Shown here: positions 20,559 to 30,270 of the stretch, in pieces
How the letters are laid out: each line of letters opens with the position of its first letter
Numbering within the stretch: the first letter of the stretch is position 1
Assembly (NCBI GenBank): GCA_019429005.1
Contig: JAHYJR010000006.1
Location: 1 to 56,302, forward strand
Source of the DNA: Nanobdellati archaeon
Lineage (GTDB): Archaea; EX4484-52; GLR71
Direction: 5' to 3'
Length of the DNA: 56,302 nt
Notes under the pieces: generated by a model
What the model saw: the letters and a program-made list of their open reading frames with translations, nothing else
Databases searched by the model: none
Told to the model about the DNA's origin: nothing
Made by a program: the position numbers and the translations under genes

Positions 20559-21986
20559 TTATTTGATTAATTCTAATATCTTATCTTTTGCTGTTTTTGC
20601 ATCAGTTTGTCCTTTTGTCTCGCGTATGATTTGTCCTACAAGGAAATTGATTGATTTGTAGTTACCGTTTTTATAGTCTTCAACAGCTTTTTCATTTTTT
20701 GATATTATATCTTTTGCAATTTTATTTAAATCCATTTTTGTTTCTAAATTAAGTCCAAGTTCTTTAGCAACTGTATTTGGATCTTTTTTGATTTCAACCA
20801 TTTTTCTTAATATCTGTTCTGTGGTATGGTCTGTATATTTCTTATTGTTAAAATCTGTAAAAAGTGTTATAATCCATTCTTTTTTAAGGCCTGAATTTGC
20901 AAATTTTATGTTGTTCCAATTAAGAGTTTTCTTTAATTGACCTGAAAGCCATGCTGCTGCTATTTTTACGTCAATTTTGTCAGATATCTCTTCAAAAAGG
21001 TCTGCAATGGCTTTTTCAGATACGATGCTTTCTGCAGTTTTTTCGTTTATCTTATATTCTTTGACAATACGTTTTAGCCTTTCTTCAGGTAGTTCAGGTA
21101 ATGATTTTTTTATGTCTTCAATCTGTTTTTTTGTTATTGTAATTTTTGTGAGATCTGGTTCAAAAATGTAACCATAATCAGATTCAGTTTCTTTTTCTCT
21201 TGATTCTTTTGTAATATTAAGTTTTGCGTTCCACATCCTAGATTCTAAAGTTATTGTTCCGCCACGGCGTATGACATTTTTTTGTCTTATTTCTTCATAT
21301 TTAAGTGCCTTTTCAACAAATTTTGTTCCTGTTATGTTTTTTATTTCGACTCTCTGACCCATTTTACCATCTATGGTTGTAGATATATTACCATCGGATC
21401 GCATACTTGCATCGCTTGTAAAATCATATATTCCGAGGTATTCCATGATTTGACCGAGTTTTTGAAGATAATTTCTTGCACTTTCAGGCGAATCAAAATC
21501 AGGTTCAGTAACAACTTCAATCAATGGTGTTCCAGCCCTATTGTAATCTACAAGAGTGTATTGTTTTCCAGCATCATTTATATGAATTAGTTTTCCAGGA
21601 TCTTCTTCAATGTGTAATCTGTTTATCCTTATTTTCTTTTTTTTGTCAGCAATATCTATCATGACATAACCTGCTTCTGCAAGAGGTATTTCATATTGTG
21701 TTATCTGATAATTTTTGTTCATATCTGGATAAAAATAGGTTTTTCTTGAGAAATATATTTCGCCTGCAATTTTACAGTTTAACGCAAGAGCTGCTTTAAT
21801 TGCTGAATCTATTATTGTTTTATTTACAGATGGTTTTGAGCCTGGAAGTCCAAGGCATGTCGGACATGTTAATGTGTTTGGTTCTAATTCTGTTTTTTTT
21901 GAAGAAATAGGATTACCACAGCTACAGAACATCTTACTTTCAGATTTTAGCTGGATATGCGTTTCAAGACCAATCATTACAGACAT
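20559..21986 (-). CDS. gatB: Asp/Glu-tRNA amidotransferase subunit B
   Basis: IGLETHIQL, RKTYFYPD, HIEEDPGK, DYNRAGTPLIEVVTEPD. Confidence 0.96.
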   Translation of the reverse strand: MSVMIGLETHIQLKSESKMFCSCGNPISSKKTELEPNTLTCPTCLGLPGSKPSVNKTIIDSAIKAALALNCKIAGEIYFSRKTYFYPDMNKNYQITQYEIPLAEAGYVMIDIADKKKKIRINRLHIEEDPGKLIHINDAGKQYTLVDYNRAGTPLIEVVTEPDFDSPESARNYLQKLGQIMEYLGIYDFTSDASMRSDGNISTTIDGKMGQRVEIKNITGTKFVEKALKYEEIRQKNVIRRGGTITLESRMWNAKLNITKESREKETESDYGYIFEPDLTKITITKKQIEDIKKSLPELPEERLKRIVKEYKINEKTAESIVSEKAIADLFEEISDKIDVKIAAAWLSGQLKKTLNWNNIKFANSGLKKEWIITLFTDFNNKKYTDHTTEQILRKMVEIKKDPNTVAKELGLNLETKMDLNKIAKDIISKNEKAVEDYKNGNYKSINFLVGQIIRETKGQTDAKTAKDKILELIK

Positions 21987-22024
21987 ATATTTTTACACCA
22001 TCGTAAAGTTATTAATTGTTAGTG

Positions 22025-22071
22025 TTTAGTTATATTATAAGTTAATATTTAGTTATATTATAAGTTAATAT
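22025..22071. repeat. Direct tandem duplication of 23 bp (TTTAGTTATATTATAAGTTAATA x2), followed by degenerate TATTATAA units
   Basis: Exact copies at 22025 and 22048. Confidence 0.85.
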
Positions 22072-22161
22072 TAAATTGATATTATAAATTAGTATTATAA
22101 TTTAATATTATAAATTAATATAAGAAATGTTTTTATTTATATCTTTTAATGGTTTTTGATT

Positions 22162-22638
22162 ATGGTTGATTATACATCTCTTGCGGATATTGCAAAACGA
22201 TTTGAAGATGAATTTGATGATTTGAAAAGTAATAAACTCAAATTTGTAAAAAGTGCGAAAACAGATCTTAAAAAGTTTTGGCCTGCTGTTGAAAAGATTA
22301 GATATCTATCAAAATATAGATCTTATACTGATACAGAATGGCTTATAAATGGCAAACAAGAAGCCATAGTCTTAGCAAATATTGATCGTAGTGAACAGCC
22401 TGAAGAAGATGGTCTTTATGGGACAATATTTAAGCGAGATCTTATTTTTATTGAAGATGCGTTTTTTAAGCTTGATTTTAGGATTGATTGGGATAAGAGA
22501 CGTGGCGGTTCAAATAAAGAATCATTTACAACGCATGAGCTTACTGAAGAACGTCTTTTGAAAGTGCTTGCAGATGATAGGGTATTCAAATCTTTTGTTA
22601 ATACAATAACTAGGATAAAAAAGAAATATTCAAAATGA
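22162..22638 (+). CDS. Hypothetical protein
   Basis: ~158-aa ORF with no recognised motif. Confidence 0.75.
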   Translation: MVDYTSLADIAKRFEDEFDDLKSNKLKFVKSAKTDLKKFWPAVEKIRYLSKYRSYTDTEWLINGKQEAIVLANIDRSEQPEEDGLYGTIFKRDLIFIEDAFFKLDFRIDWDKRRGGSNKESFTTHELTEERLLKVLADDRVFKSFVNTITRIKKKYSK

Positions 22639-22640
22639 TT

Positions 22641-23960
22641 TTAGAATGGCAATCCTTTCATATTTTTCATCATTTTTGACATCGGATTGTTTTTTATCAT
22701 TTTTCCGCCTTTCATTTTTTTCATCATTTTTTTAGTCTTATTAAAATTTTGTATAAGTTCTCTGATGTCTTCAGGTGTTGTGCCTGAGCCTTTTGCGATA
22801 CGTTCAATTCTACTTATATCAAGTAATTTTGGTTCCCGTTTTTCAGCTTTTGTCATGGAATCCATCATATATTTCCATTTAACCATATTTTTTTCTTGTT
22901 TATCAAGCAGGTCTTTAGGTATTTTAATATTACCCATACCTGGTATCATTTCAAGAATCTTGCTGATTGAACCCATTTTTTTTGTGCTTTCAATCTGTTC
23001 ATAAAAAGTCTCAAGTGTTATATCACCTTTTAGCATATCTTCAATATGTTTAGGTGATATTGCTTCTTGTGCTTTTTCAAGAAGTGTTTCAAGATCTCCC
23101 ATACCAAGAAGTCTTGATACGAATCGTACAGGGTCATAGATTTCAAGTGCGTCTGTTTTTTCACCTGTCCCTATGAATTTTACTTTTACATTTGCGACAT
23201 AACATGCTGAAATTGCACCACCACCACGAGCTGAACTGTCCATCTTTGTTAGAATTATTCCTGTAAGTCCTATAAGTTTATTGAATTCGGTTGCTTGTAT
23301 CTTTGCTGCTTGACCGATATCTCCACTTAAAACAAGCAATTTATCATCTGCTTTTATTAGTTTATCAATATCTTTAATTTCTTCTGCTAGTTCTCCATCG
23401 ATTGCGGAACGTCCGGCAGTATCTATAATTATTACATTTTTTGCTTTTAGTTGTTCAAGACCTGTCTTTACAATTTTTACAGGATTTTTTTCTTTTGCAT
23501 CTCCATATACACTTACATCTAGTTTTTTTGATAGCTGTAGTAATTGTTCAAATGCTGCAGGTCTCCAAGTATCACAAGATATAAGACCTACTGAAAGGCC
23601 TCTTTTAAGATATAATCTGGCAAGTTTTGCGGTTGTAGTTGTTTTACCTGAACCAAAAAGTCCAACAAGCATGATTTTTTTGTTCTTGATTTCAAGTGTG
23701 TGTTTTTCTTTTCCTAGAAGTTCAACAAGTTGATCATATACTATTTTCACAACATGTTCACGTCGTGTTATACCTGGTGGTAATTTTTCTGTAAGTGCTT
23801 GTTCTTTGATTTTATTGCTTAGTTCGATAACTATTTTCACATCTACATCAGATTGTATAAGTGATCTTTGTATATCTTTTATAAGCTCTTCAATAGCTTT
23901 TTTGTCTGCAATACCCTTTTTTGTAAATTTAGAGAGACTTTCTTTTATTCTATCAAACAT
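22641..23960 (-). CDS. srp54: Signal recognition particle protein SRP54
   Basis: GLFGSGKTTT, DTWRPAA, DTAGR, TKMD, Met-rich M domain. Confidence 0.97.
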   Translation of the reverse strand: MFDRIKESLSKFTKKGIADKKAIEELIKDIQRSLIQSDVDVKIVIELSNKIKEQALTEKLPPGITRREHVVKIVYDQLVELLGKEKHTLEIKNKKIMLVGLFGSGKTTTTAKLARLYLKRGLSVGLISCDTWRPAAFEQLLQLSKKLDVSVYGDAKEKNPVKIVKTGLEQLKAKNVIIIDTAGRSAIDGELAEEIKDIDKLIKADDKLLVLSGDIGQAAKIQATEFNKLIGLTGIILTKMDSSARGGGAISACYVANVKVKFIGTGEKTDALEIYDPVRFVSRLLGMGDLETLLEKAQEAISPKHIEDMLKGDITLETFYEQIESTKKMGSISKILEMIPGMGNIKIPKDLLDKQEKNMVKWKYMMDSMTKAEKREPKLLDISRIERIAKGSGTTPEDIRELIQNFNKTKKMMKKMKGGKMIKNNPMSKMMKNMKGLPF

Positions 23961-24232
23961 ATTCTTAATTTTGGAGCAAATTTTAAATATTGTTTGGATT
24001 TAAAGGGTACATATTGTGGATGTTCTTTATTTTAAGCTATATTTTTTGATTTTGGATTTTTGAATTGTAATTATAAGATCGGACTTTTAACAAAAACCTT
24101 AAATAGTTAATCCCACTTAATTATATAGTTAAGAGATAAGGGATACTTTGATAAGTAATCGTAACAAGTGTATAAACGTGATTGATTACCTTATTTTTGT
24201 TATATTTATAGTTTTTATATATAGGTGATAAT

Positions 24233-24922
24233 ATGGATGCATTACCAGATCAGATGGGTTATGACCGAACAATTGTTGTTTTTTCTCCTGATGGCAGATT
24301 GTTTCAGGTGGAATATGCTAGAGAAGCTGTTAAATCAGGTTCTACTGCAGTTGGTGTTGTTTATAAGGATGGTGTTATTCTTGCAGCACAGAAAAAGGTT
24401 TCAAAACTTCTGAAATTTAGTGAAAAAATCTTTCAAGTTGATGACCATATTGGTCTTGTCGCAACTGGTATAGTTGCTGATGCAAGAGTGCTTGTGGATT
24501 CTGCAAGAGTTAAATCTCAGCAGAATAGTCTGATTTATGATGAACCCTCATCATTATATTCTATAGCTAAATACTTAGCAGACAAACAACAGCTTTATAC
24601 ACAGCATGCGGGTGTTAGACCCTATGGCGTATCTATGCTTATAGGAGGCGTTACAAGCGAACCTTCTTTGTATGAGACTGATCCAAGTGGTCTTTTGGTA
24701 GAATGTTTTGCAAAAGCAGTAGGTCGTGGTGCGTCAAAAGTCAATAAACATTTTGAATCTGCTTATAAGTCTGATATGAATAAAGATGCCGCTTTAAAGT
24801 TTGTTATAGAGGGAATGAAAAAAGAATCTAAGTTTACTGCAGAAAATCTTAGTATAACTATTATTGATAAGTTCGGATTTACTAGGTTAGATTTATCCGA
24901 GATAAAGAAACTTGGTGTATGA
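24233..24922 (+). CDS. psmA: Proteasome alpha subunit
   Basis: GYDRTIVVFSPDGRLFQVEYAREAV, RPYGVS. Confidence 0.97.
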   Translation: MDALPDQMGYDRTIVVFSPDGRLFQVEYAREAVKSGSTAVGVVYKDGVILAAQKKVSKLLKFSEKIFQVDDHIGLVATGIVADARVLVDSARVKSQQNSLIYDEPSSLYSIAKYLADKQQLYTQHAGVRPYGVSMLIGGVTSEPSLYETDPSGLLVECFAKAVGRGASKVNKHFESAYKSDMNKDAALKFVIEGMKKESKFTAENLSITIIDKFGFTRLDLSEIKKLGV

Positions 24923-24940
24923 TTAAAGATCTGATGTAAT

Positions 24941-25678
24941 ATGGTAAGTTCTAGACAGGTTATTGCAAGATACTCAAAATTTGGACAGACTTTTGAGATT
25001 CTTGCAGATTCTGAAAAAGTAAGAGAATATAAGGAAGGTCTTCTGCTAGACATACAAGATGTTGTTATTAGTACATCTATTTTTAAGAAAATAACATTTG
25101 CAAAAAAGACAGATTCAGGTCAGCTTATGCAAGAACGTGCAGCTACAGCTGATCGTGTTGATGAAGAAACTTTGATTAAGGTTTTTGGAACTTCTGATTT
25201 TTTAGAGATTTGCAAGATAATCTTACTTGAAGGTGAAGTGCAATACACAATTGAGCAGAGAAATGAATTTCTTGAGATGAAATTTAAGCAGATTGCATCA
25301 ATCATAGCAAGTCAGGCTATTGATCCAATACGTAAGGTGCCACATCCACAGGATCGAATTGAATCTGTAATCAAGGAATCTCGAGTTAAGATTGATATGT
25401 ATAAGTCTGCAGAATCACAACTTAAAGATGTTCTTAAAGCAATATCAATATTAATGCCAATTAGGATGGAAGTTCAAACTATTGAGATTATGGTTGGTGT
25501 TCAGTATGGTAATGCTGTAAAAAAAATAATTACTGATATGACTGTTTTAAAAAATGAAAAGTGGACTGGCTCAAATTATATCGCAACGGTATCTGTTGGT
25601 GCTGGGCTTGTTGATACTTTTTATGGTAAATTGAATAAGATAACTCATGGTAATACTGTTAGTAAGGTAATAGAATAA
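24941..25678 (+). CDS. Ribosome maturation factor SBDS/Sdo1
   Basis: FEILAD, VFGT.D, GEVQ.T.EQR, PHP..RIE; conserved position after psmA. Confidence 0.92.
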   Translation: MVSSRQVIARYSKFGQTFEILADSEKVREYKEGLLLDIQDVVISTSIFKKITFAKKTDSGQLMQERAATADRVDEETLIKVFGTSDFLEICKIILLEGEVQYTIEQRNEFLEMKFKQIASIIASQAIDPIRKVPHPQDRIESVIKESRVKIDMYKSAESQLKDVLKAISILMPIRMEVQTIEIMVGVQYGNAVKKIITDMTVLKNEKWTGSNYIATVSVGAGLVDTFYGKLNKITHGNTVSKVIE

Positions 25679-25716
25679 TTAATATATTTATTAAAATTGA
25701 TAAAGAGGTGTTTTTG

Positions 25717-26649
25717 ATGGCAAAACTTTCTGTAAAGATAACTAAGAAAGATGATAAGAAAAGTGTGGTAGGGACTGCTAGTAAATCTAAGACTGTAGTT
25801 TCTAAAAAGACAGAGGTTGTTGAAGCTAATAAGGCTGTAACTAAAAATAAACTTAATGTTATAGTGACTGTTAAAGAAAATAATAATCCTGTGCGAATTG
25901 TTAAAAATGTTCAGACTGTTAAAAAAACAGATACACGTCGTGAAGTGGAAGAAACCGTAATTGTTGTTCCTGGTGATCTGTTAGAAGATAACTTGAATGT
26001 TCTTGCCGGTTTAGGTACATATCGTGATGGTAGTAAAGTTTATTCAAAATATACAGGACTCCTTAAAAAAAGAGATCATATGATTACTGTAATACCTTTA
26101 AATGGTGTTTATGTGCCAAAGAAAGGTGATTTTGTTATAGGTGAAATTAAATCATCTAATTTTTCAAATTGGTGGGTTGATATTGGAACTGCATTTAATG
26201 CAAAACTTCCTGTAATGGCTGTACCTGAATTTATTGAGCGTAATGCAGATCTTTCTAAATTTTATAAGAATGGTGATCTTGTTTTTGCACGAGTAGATAG
26301 TGTTACATCAGATCCTGTTATACCTTTATTTATGAAAGATAGGATGTGCAGAAAATTGTATCATGGTCGTGTTATTGATATAATCCCAACAAAAGTACCA
26401 AGATTAATTGGTCGTGAAGGTACAATGATACATCTTATAAAAGATAGTTGTAAATCTGTTATCAATGTTGGTCAGAATGGTCGAGTATGGGTCAAAGGCG
26501 GCGATGAATCTCTTGCAGAACGTGCTATAAAGATGGTTGAAATGTTTGCTTATAAAAGTGGACTTACTGATATGGTGTCAGATTTTTTAGAGTCTGAATT
26601 AAAAAATAATAAATCTAAGGTTAGTGTTTCTGAAAACACTAAATCTTAA
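25717..26649 (+). CDS. rrp4: Exosome cap subunit Rrp4 with K/V-rich N-terminal extension
   Basis: VVPGD, YVPKKGD.VIG, KVPRLIGREG, VGQNGRVW. Confidence 0.93.
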   Translation: MAKLSVKITKKDDKKSVVGTASKSKTVVSKKTEVVEANKAVTKNKLNVIVTVKENNNPVRIVKNVQTVKKTDTRREVEETVIVVPGDLLEDNLNVLAGLGTYRDGSKVYSKYTGLLKKRDHMITVIPLNGVYVPKKGDFVIGEIKSSNFSNWWVDIGTAFNAKLPVMAVPEFIERNADLSKFYKNGDLVFARVDSVTSDPVIPLFMKDRMCRKLYHGRVIDIIPTKVPRLIGREGTMIHLIKDSCKSVINVGQNGRVWVKGGDESLAERAIKMVEMFAYKSGLTDMVSDFLESELKNNKSKVSVSENTKS

Positions 26650-26673
26650 TTCATGTATTAAAGGTGTTATGAT

Positions 26674-27399
26674 ATGAGTGGTGCAAAGAGACCAAAAGAA
26701 TATGAAAAACTTATTGTTAAAGGTAAAAGATGTGATGGGCGAAAAATAGATGAACTTAGACCTCTTACGATTAAAGTTGGTGTTATAAAAAGAGCTAATG
26801 GTTCAGCTTATGTTGAATTAGGTAAAACAAAAGTGTATGCAGCTGTATATGGTCCAAAAGAACTTCATCCAAGACGGCTTGTAGAAGATGATAAGGCTGT
26901 TCTTTCTGTAAAATACAGTATGTTAGCATTTTCTGTAAATGATCGTGCAAGACCTGGTCCAAATAGGAGATCTACTGAGATTTCTAAAGTTGTAAAACAT
27001 GCTCTTGAGCCTGTTATATTTCTTGAAGAATTTCCACAGCTTAATATTGAGCTTATTGTAGATATAATTCAAGCTGATGCTGGAACAAGGACTGCTGCTG
27101 TTATTGCTGGTTCTGTTGCTCTTGCTAATGCAGGTATACCTATGAAAGGGTTAGTTTCTGCATGTGCTGCAGGGAAAGTTGATGGTGAGATTCTGTTAGA
27201 TCTTAATGCGCCTGAAGACAATTTTGGTGATTCTGATCTTCCTATTGCTATGACATCAACTGATAAGAAAATAACGCTTATGCAACTTGATGGCGTGATG
27301 ACAAAAGCAGAAATACAGAAAGCTATTATTTTAATTAGAAAAGGGAATGATTATATTATTTCCAAACAGATAGAAGCATTGAAAGGTGTATATCAATGA
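26674..27399 (+). CDS. rrp41: Exosome subunit Rrp41
   Basis: DGRKIDELRP, AVYGP, RRSTEIS, QADAGTR. Confidence 0.96.
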   Translation: MSGAKRPKEYEKLIVKGKRCDGRKIDELRPLTIKVGVIKRANGSAYVELGKTKVYAAVYGPKELHPRRLVEDDKAVLSVKYSMLAFSVNDRARPGPNRRSTEISKVVKHALEPVIFLEEFPQLNIELIVDIIQADAGTRTAAVIAGSVALANAGIPMKGLVSACAAGKVDGEILLDLNAPEDNFGDSDLPIAMTSTDKKITLMQLDGVMTKAEIQKAIILIRKGNDYIISKQIEALKGVYQ

Positions 27400-28169
27400 T
27401 TGAGACAAATAAAAATTATATAAGGCAGAATATTGCTATAAAACGTCTTGATGGTAGGACATATAAAGATTTTAGAAAGCTTAGTGTTGAGACTAATTTG
27501 ATTGAAAAAGCTGAAGGTTCTGCTCTTGTTACACTTGGTGAAACTAAAGTACTTGTTGGTGTAAAGATGGATTTAGGTACACCATTTCCAGATTCTGGAG
27601 ATGTTGGAATTCTTATGACAAATGCTGAACGATCACCTATTGCAAGTCCTGAATTTGAAAGTGGTCCCCCAAATGATGATACTATTGAGCTTGCACGTGT
27701 TGTAGATAGAGGTATTCGTGAGTCTGGATGTATTGATTTTCATAAACTTTGCATAAAAGAAGGTGAAAAAGTATGGATGGTCTTTGTTGATATCTCTATA
27801 TTAAATAATGATGGTAATTTATTTGATGCTGCAGCAGCTGGTGCTATTTCAGCTTTACTTACTGCAAAAATACCAAAATTAAATGATAATGGTACTGTAA
27901 ATAGGAGTGAATATGATGGTGCTTTAGTCGTAACTGATTTACCTATCATGGTTACAACTGCATTAATAAATGGTGTCATGGTTGTTGATCCTACAGCAGA
28001 TGAAGAAGAAGTTATTGAAGGACGGGTTCATGTAACTTCAATTGAAGCTGGTATTTGTGCTATGCAAAAATCAGGGTCATGCGAGTTTACTGAAGAACAG
28101 ATAATGACTGCAATAGATAATTCTATTGCAATGGGTAAAGAATTAAGGAAACAATTAAAAAAGAAATAA
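27396..28169 (+). CDS. rrp42: Exosome subunit Rrp42
   Basis: RLDGR, AEGSALV.LG.T, ELARVVDRGIRES, DGNLFDA. Confidence 0.96.
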   Translation: MIETNKNYIRQNIAIKRLDGRTYKDFRKLSVETNLIEKAEGSALVTLGETKVLVGVKMDLGTPFPDSGDVGILMTNAERSPIASPEFESGPPNDDTIELARVVDRGIRESGCIDFHKLCIKEGEKVWMVFVDISILNNDGNLFDAAAAGAISALLTAKIPKLNDNGTVNRSEYDGALVVTDLPIMVTTALINGVMVVDPTADEEEVIEGRVHVTSIEAGICAMQKSGSCEFTEEQIMTAIDNSIAMGKELRKQLKKK

Positions 28170-28282
28170 TTGTTAACATAGAGCCTAGTGGAAATGCTTA
28201 TAAAGCTTTAGTTGTAAAGGGTATATTAATTCTTTATAAGTTTTCATTAGGAATTTTATATTTTATTTAAAGGTTGATAAAC

Positions 28283-28552
28283 ATGTCAGGTACCAAGAAA
28301 GTGGGTAGTGCTGGTAGATTCGGAAGCCGTTACGGTAGGAAGATACGTGTACTAGTAAATAATATTGAAAATAAATCAAGAGGTATATACGAATGTCCTC
28401 ATTGTCTTAAAAAATCTCTATCAAGAGAAAATGCAGGTATTTGGGTCTGTAAGTCTTGTAAGGTTAAATTTACAGGTGGTGCATATAGTCCAGTGACTTC
28501 TGCATCTAAAGTGATTTCACAAGCTCTTGCAAAACTTAAATCTAGTATTTAA
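28283..28552 (+). CDS. rpl37ae: 50S ribosomal protein L37Ae
   Basis: GRFGSRYG, CPHC, GIWVCKSC, FTGGAY. Confidence 0.96.
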   Translation: MSGTKKVGSAGRFGSRYGRKIRVLVNNIENKSRGIYECPHCLKKSLSRENAGIWVCKSCKVKFTGGAYSPVTSASKVISQALAKLKSSI

Positions 28553-28565
28553 AGTTGTGATAATT

Positions 28566-28700
28566 ATGTATATATGTTTTAAATGTCGTACTGAAGTACC
28601 AATTGAGAATCCTAATGTGATTCTCAGCTGTCCTAAATGTTCAGGACGTGTATTTTTTAAAAGTAGGCCAAAGGTTGTTATAACACATAAAGCTCGTTAA
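28566..28700 (+). CDS. rpoP: RNA polymerase subunit P (Rpo12), 44 aa; absent from the ORF track
   Basis: MYICFKCRTEVPIENPNVILSCPKCSGRVFFKSRPKVVITHKAR; expected synteny after rpl37ae. Confidence 0.92.
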   Translation: MYICFKCRTEVPIENPNVILSCPKCSGRVFFKSRPKVVITHKAR

Positions 28701-28722
28701 TATTTGATTTGGTGTGGTTTGG

Positions 28723-28959
28723 ATGCATCTTAATGCAAAAATATCTATTGATACACCTTTTAATGATATAATCTATAGGTCTTTAATTCCTGATATGGTA
28801 AGCACAAGTAAAGTTCAACTTAGTGCTTCTAATAAGGATGTTTTAGAATTTTCATTTTCTGCAAAAGATATTAGTTCAATGAGAGCTAGTTTTAACACGT
28901 TATTTCAATTATTAAAGCTTTCTACAGAAATATTAGAGTATAAAGATTATGATAAATAA
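28723..28959 (+). CDS. pcc1: KEOPS complex subunit Pcc1
   Basis: IYRSLIPD...AKDISSMRASFNT; synteny. Confidence 0.8.
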   Translation: MHLNAKISIDTPFNDIIYRSLIPDMVSTSKVQLSASNKDVLEFSFSAKDISSMRASFNTLFQLLKLSTEILEYKDYDK

Positions 28960-29014
28960 TATATTAAAAAGAATATATTAATACTAAAAATAGTATATTA
29001 AATTAGTGATATAT

Positions 29015-29356
29015 ATGGATCCTGACACAATGAGAGAAATGACAATGCATTATCAGCAGCTTCAGCAACAGATTGATGCTGTAATGATGCAAAAAGAGAC
29101 TGTTAAGATGCAGATACTTGAAATTGAGAATGCGTTATCTGAACTTAAAGGGTATACTGGTGATGTATATAAGAGTTCAGGTGTTCTTATGTTAAAAACG
29201 ACTCCAGATGGTGCTACTAAAGCACTTGTTGAGAAAAAAGATGTTCTTGATCTGCGTATAAAAACATTGCAAAAGCGTGAATCTTCAGTGCGTGAGGAAT
29301 TGTCTGTGATACAGATACAACTTAATACGCATATGAAAGAGAATGGTTTAATCTGA
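29015..29356 (+). CDS. pfdB: Prefoldin beta subunit
   Basis: Coiled coils around VYKSSG hairpin; synteny. Confidence 0.9.
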   Translation: MDPDTMREMTMHYQQLQQQIDAVMMQKETVKMQILEIENALSELKGYTGDVYKSSGVLMLKTTPDGATKALVEKKDVLDLRIKTLQKRESSVREELSVIQIQLNTHMKENGLI

Positions 29357-29408
29357 TTTTATTTTTTAGTCTGTTATATTTATATGCAAGCTTGCTATTA
29401 ATATTATA

Positions 29409-29774
29409 ATGAACAAAAACGTTTCTTCAAAAAAAGGTAAGATCAAACCTACAGATGTAAAACCTTCAGATGATATTGAGCGTGCAAGTCAATTTATACG
29501 TCAGAAGGCTATATCTAAGCCTAAATCGTTATGGATTATGTATTTAACACTTATGCTTATTATTTTTTTCAGTATGATTATGTTCTTCTTATTTGAATAT
29601 CCATTTAATATTTTTGCTGTTGTGTATCTTGTTCCTATTGCGTCATATGGGATTATGTATATTATGAAACGTGGAAGGGTTGGTAAATATCATATGTTTC
29701 GTAAAGTCACTTTGTCCCTTTTTATATTATATACTTTATTTGTTCCATGGGTTATGATTTATATGCTTGTTTAA
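29409..29774 (+). CDS. Hypothetical 3-TM membrane protein
   Basis: Three hydrophobic segments. Confidence 0.7.
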   Translation: MNKNVSSKKGKIKPTDVKPSDDIERASQFIRQKAISKPKSLWIMYLTLMLIIFFSMIMFFLFEYPFNIFAVVYLVPIASYGIMYIMKRGRVGKYHMFRKVTLSLFILYTLFVPWVMIYMLV

Positions 29775-29933
29775 TAGTGTTTAGGGGCTGTTTATTGAGA
29801 TTAATATTCTTTAAATTTATTATAAAACCGAAAAGTATATATATACTCTTATACCTTATATTTCTATGCTGATATCTCACTATAATCTTGTATCTATTAT
29901 GGTTTGATAAAAAATGTAATGGTTTTGATATTT

Positions 29934-30161
29934 ATGGAAGATAATATGGTTCTTGATGATGTAGATAATTTAGTTGTTAAAATTATTAAAAAAGAAGGTA
30001 AACCTTTGTCTACTTATCTTATTGCAAAACTTTGTGATATATCTTGGGCAACTGCAAATAGCCATTGTTATAAACTCAAATCAATGAGTGTTTTAGATGG
30101 TAAGCTTGAATCTGGAAAGATTGGTGCAAGAAAGAAAGTTATCTGGTGGATGAAAGAGTAA
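29934..30161 (+). CDS. Small winged-helix DNA-binding protein
   Basis: LSTYLIAKLCDISWATANSHCYKL HTH pattern. Confidence 0.7.
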   Translation: MEDNMVLDDVDNLVVKIIKKEGKPLSTYLIAKLCDISWATANSHCYKLKSMSVLDGKLESGKIGARKKVIWWMKE

Positions 30162-30270
30162 TTATTATTATTTTTTGTTTTATTGCTTGTTATAGTATCG
30201 TTTTTTAATAGGTTTTATCTATTTTTAGATAGGTTTATAATGTTTATTCAAAATAATTTCTATTGGTATT

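Noticed and set aside
24135-24200. Possible hairpin or ncRNA upstream of psmA (ATAAGTAATC...GATTACCTTAT)
   Set aside because: Pairing is short, imperfect and AT-rich; no known RNA family is recognisable.
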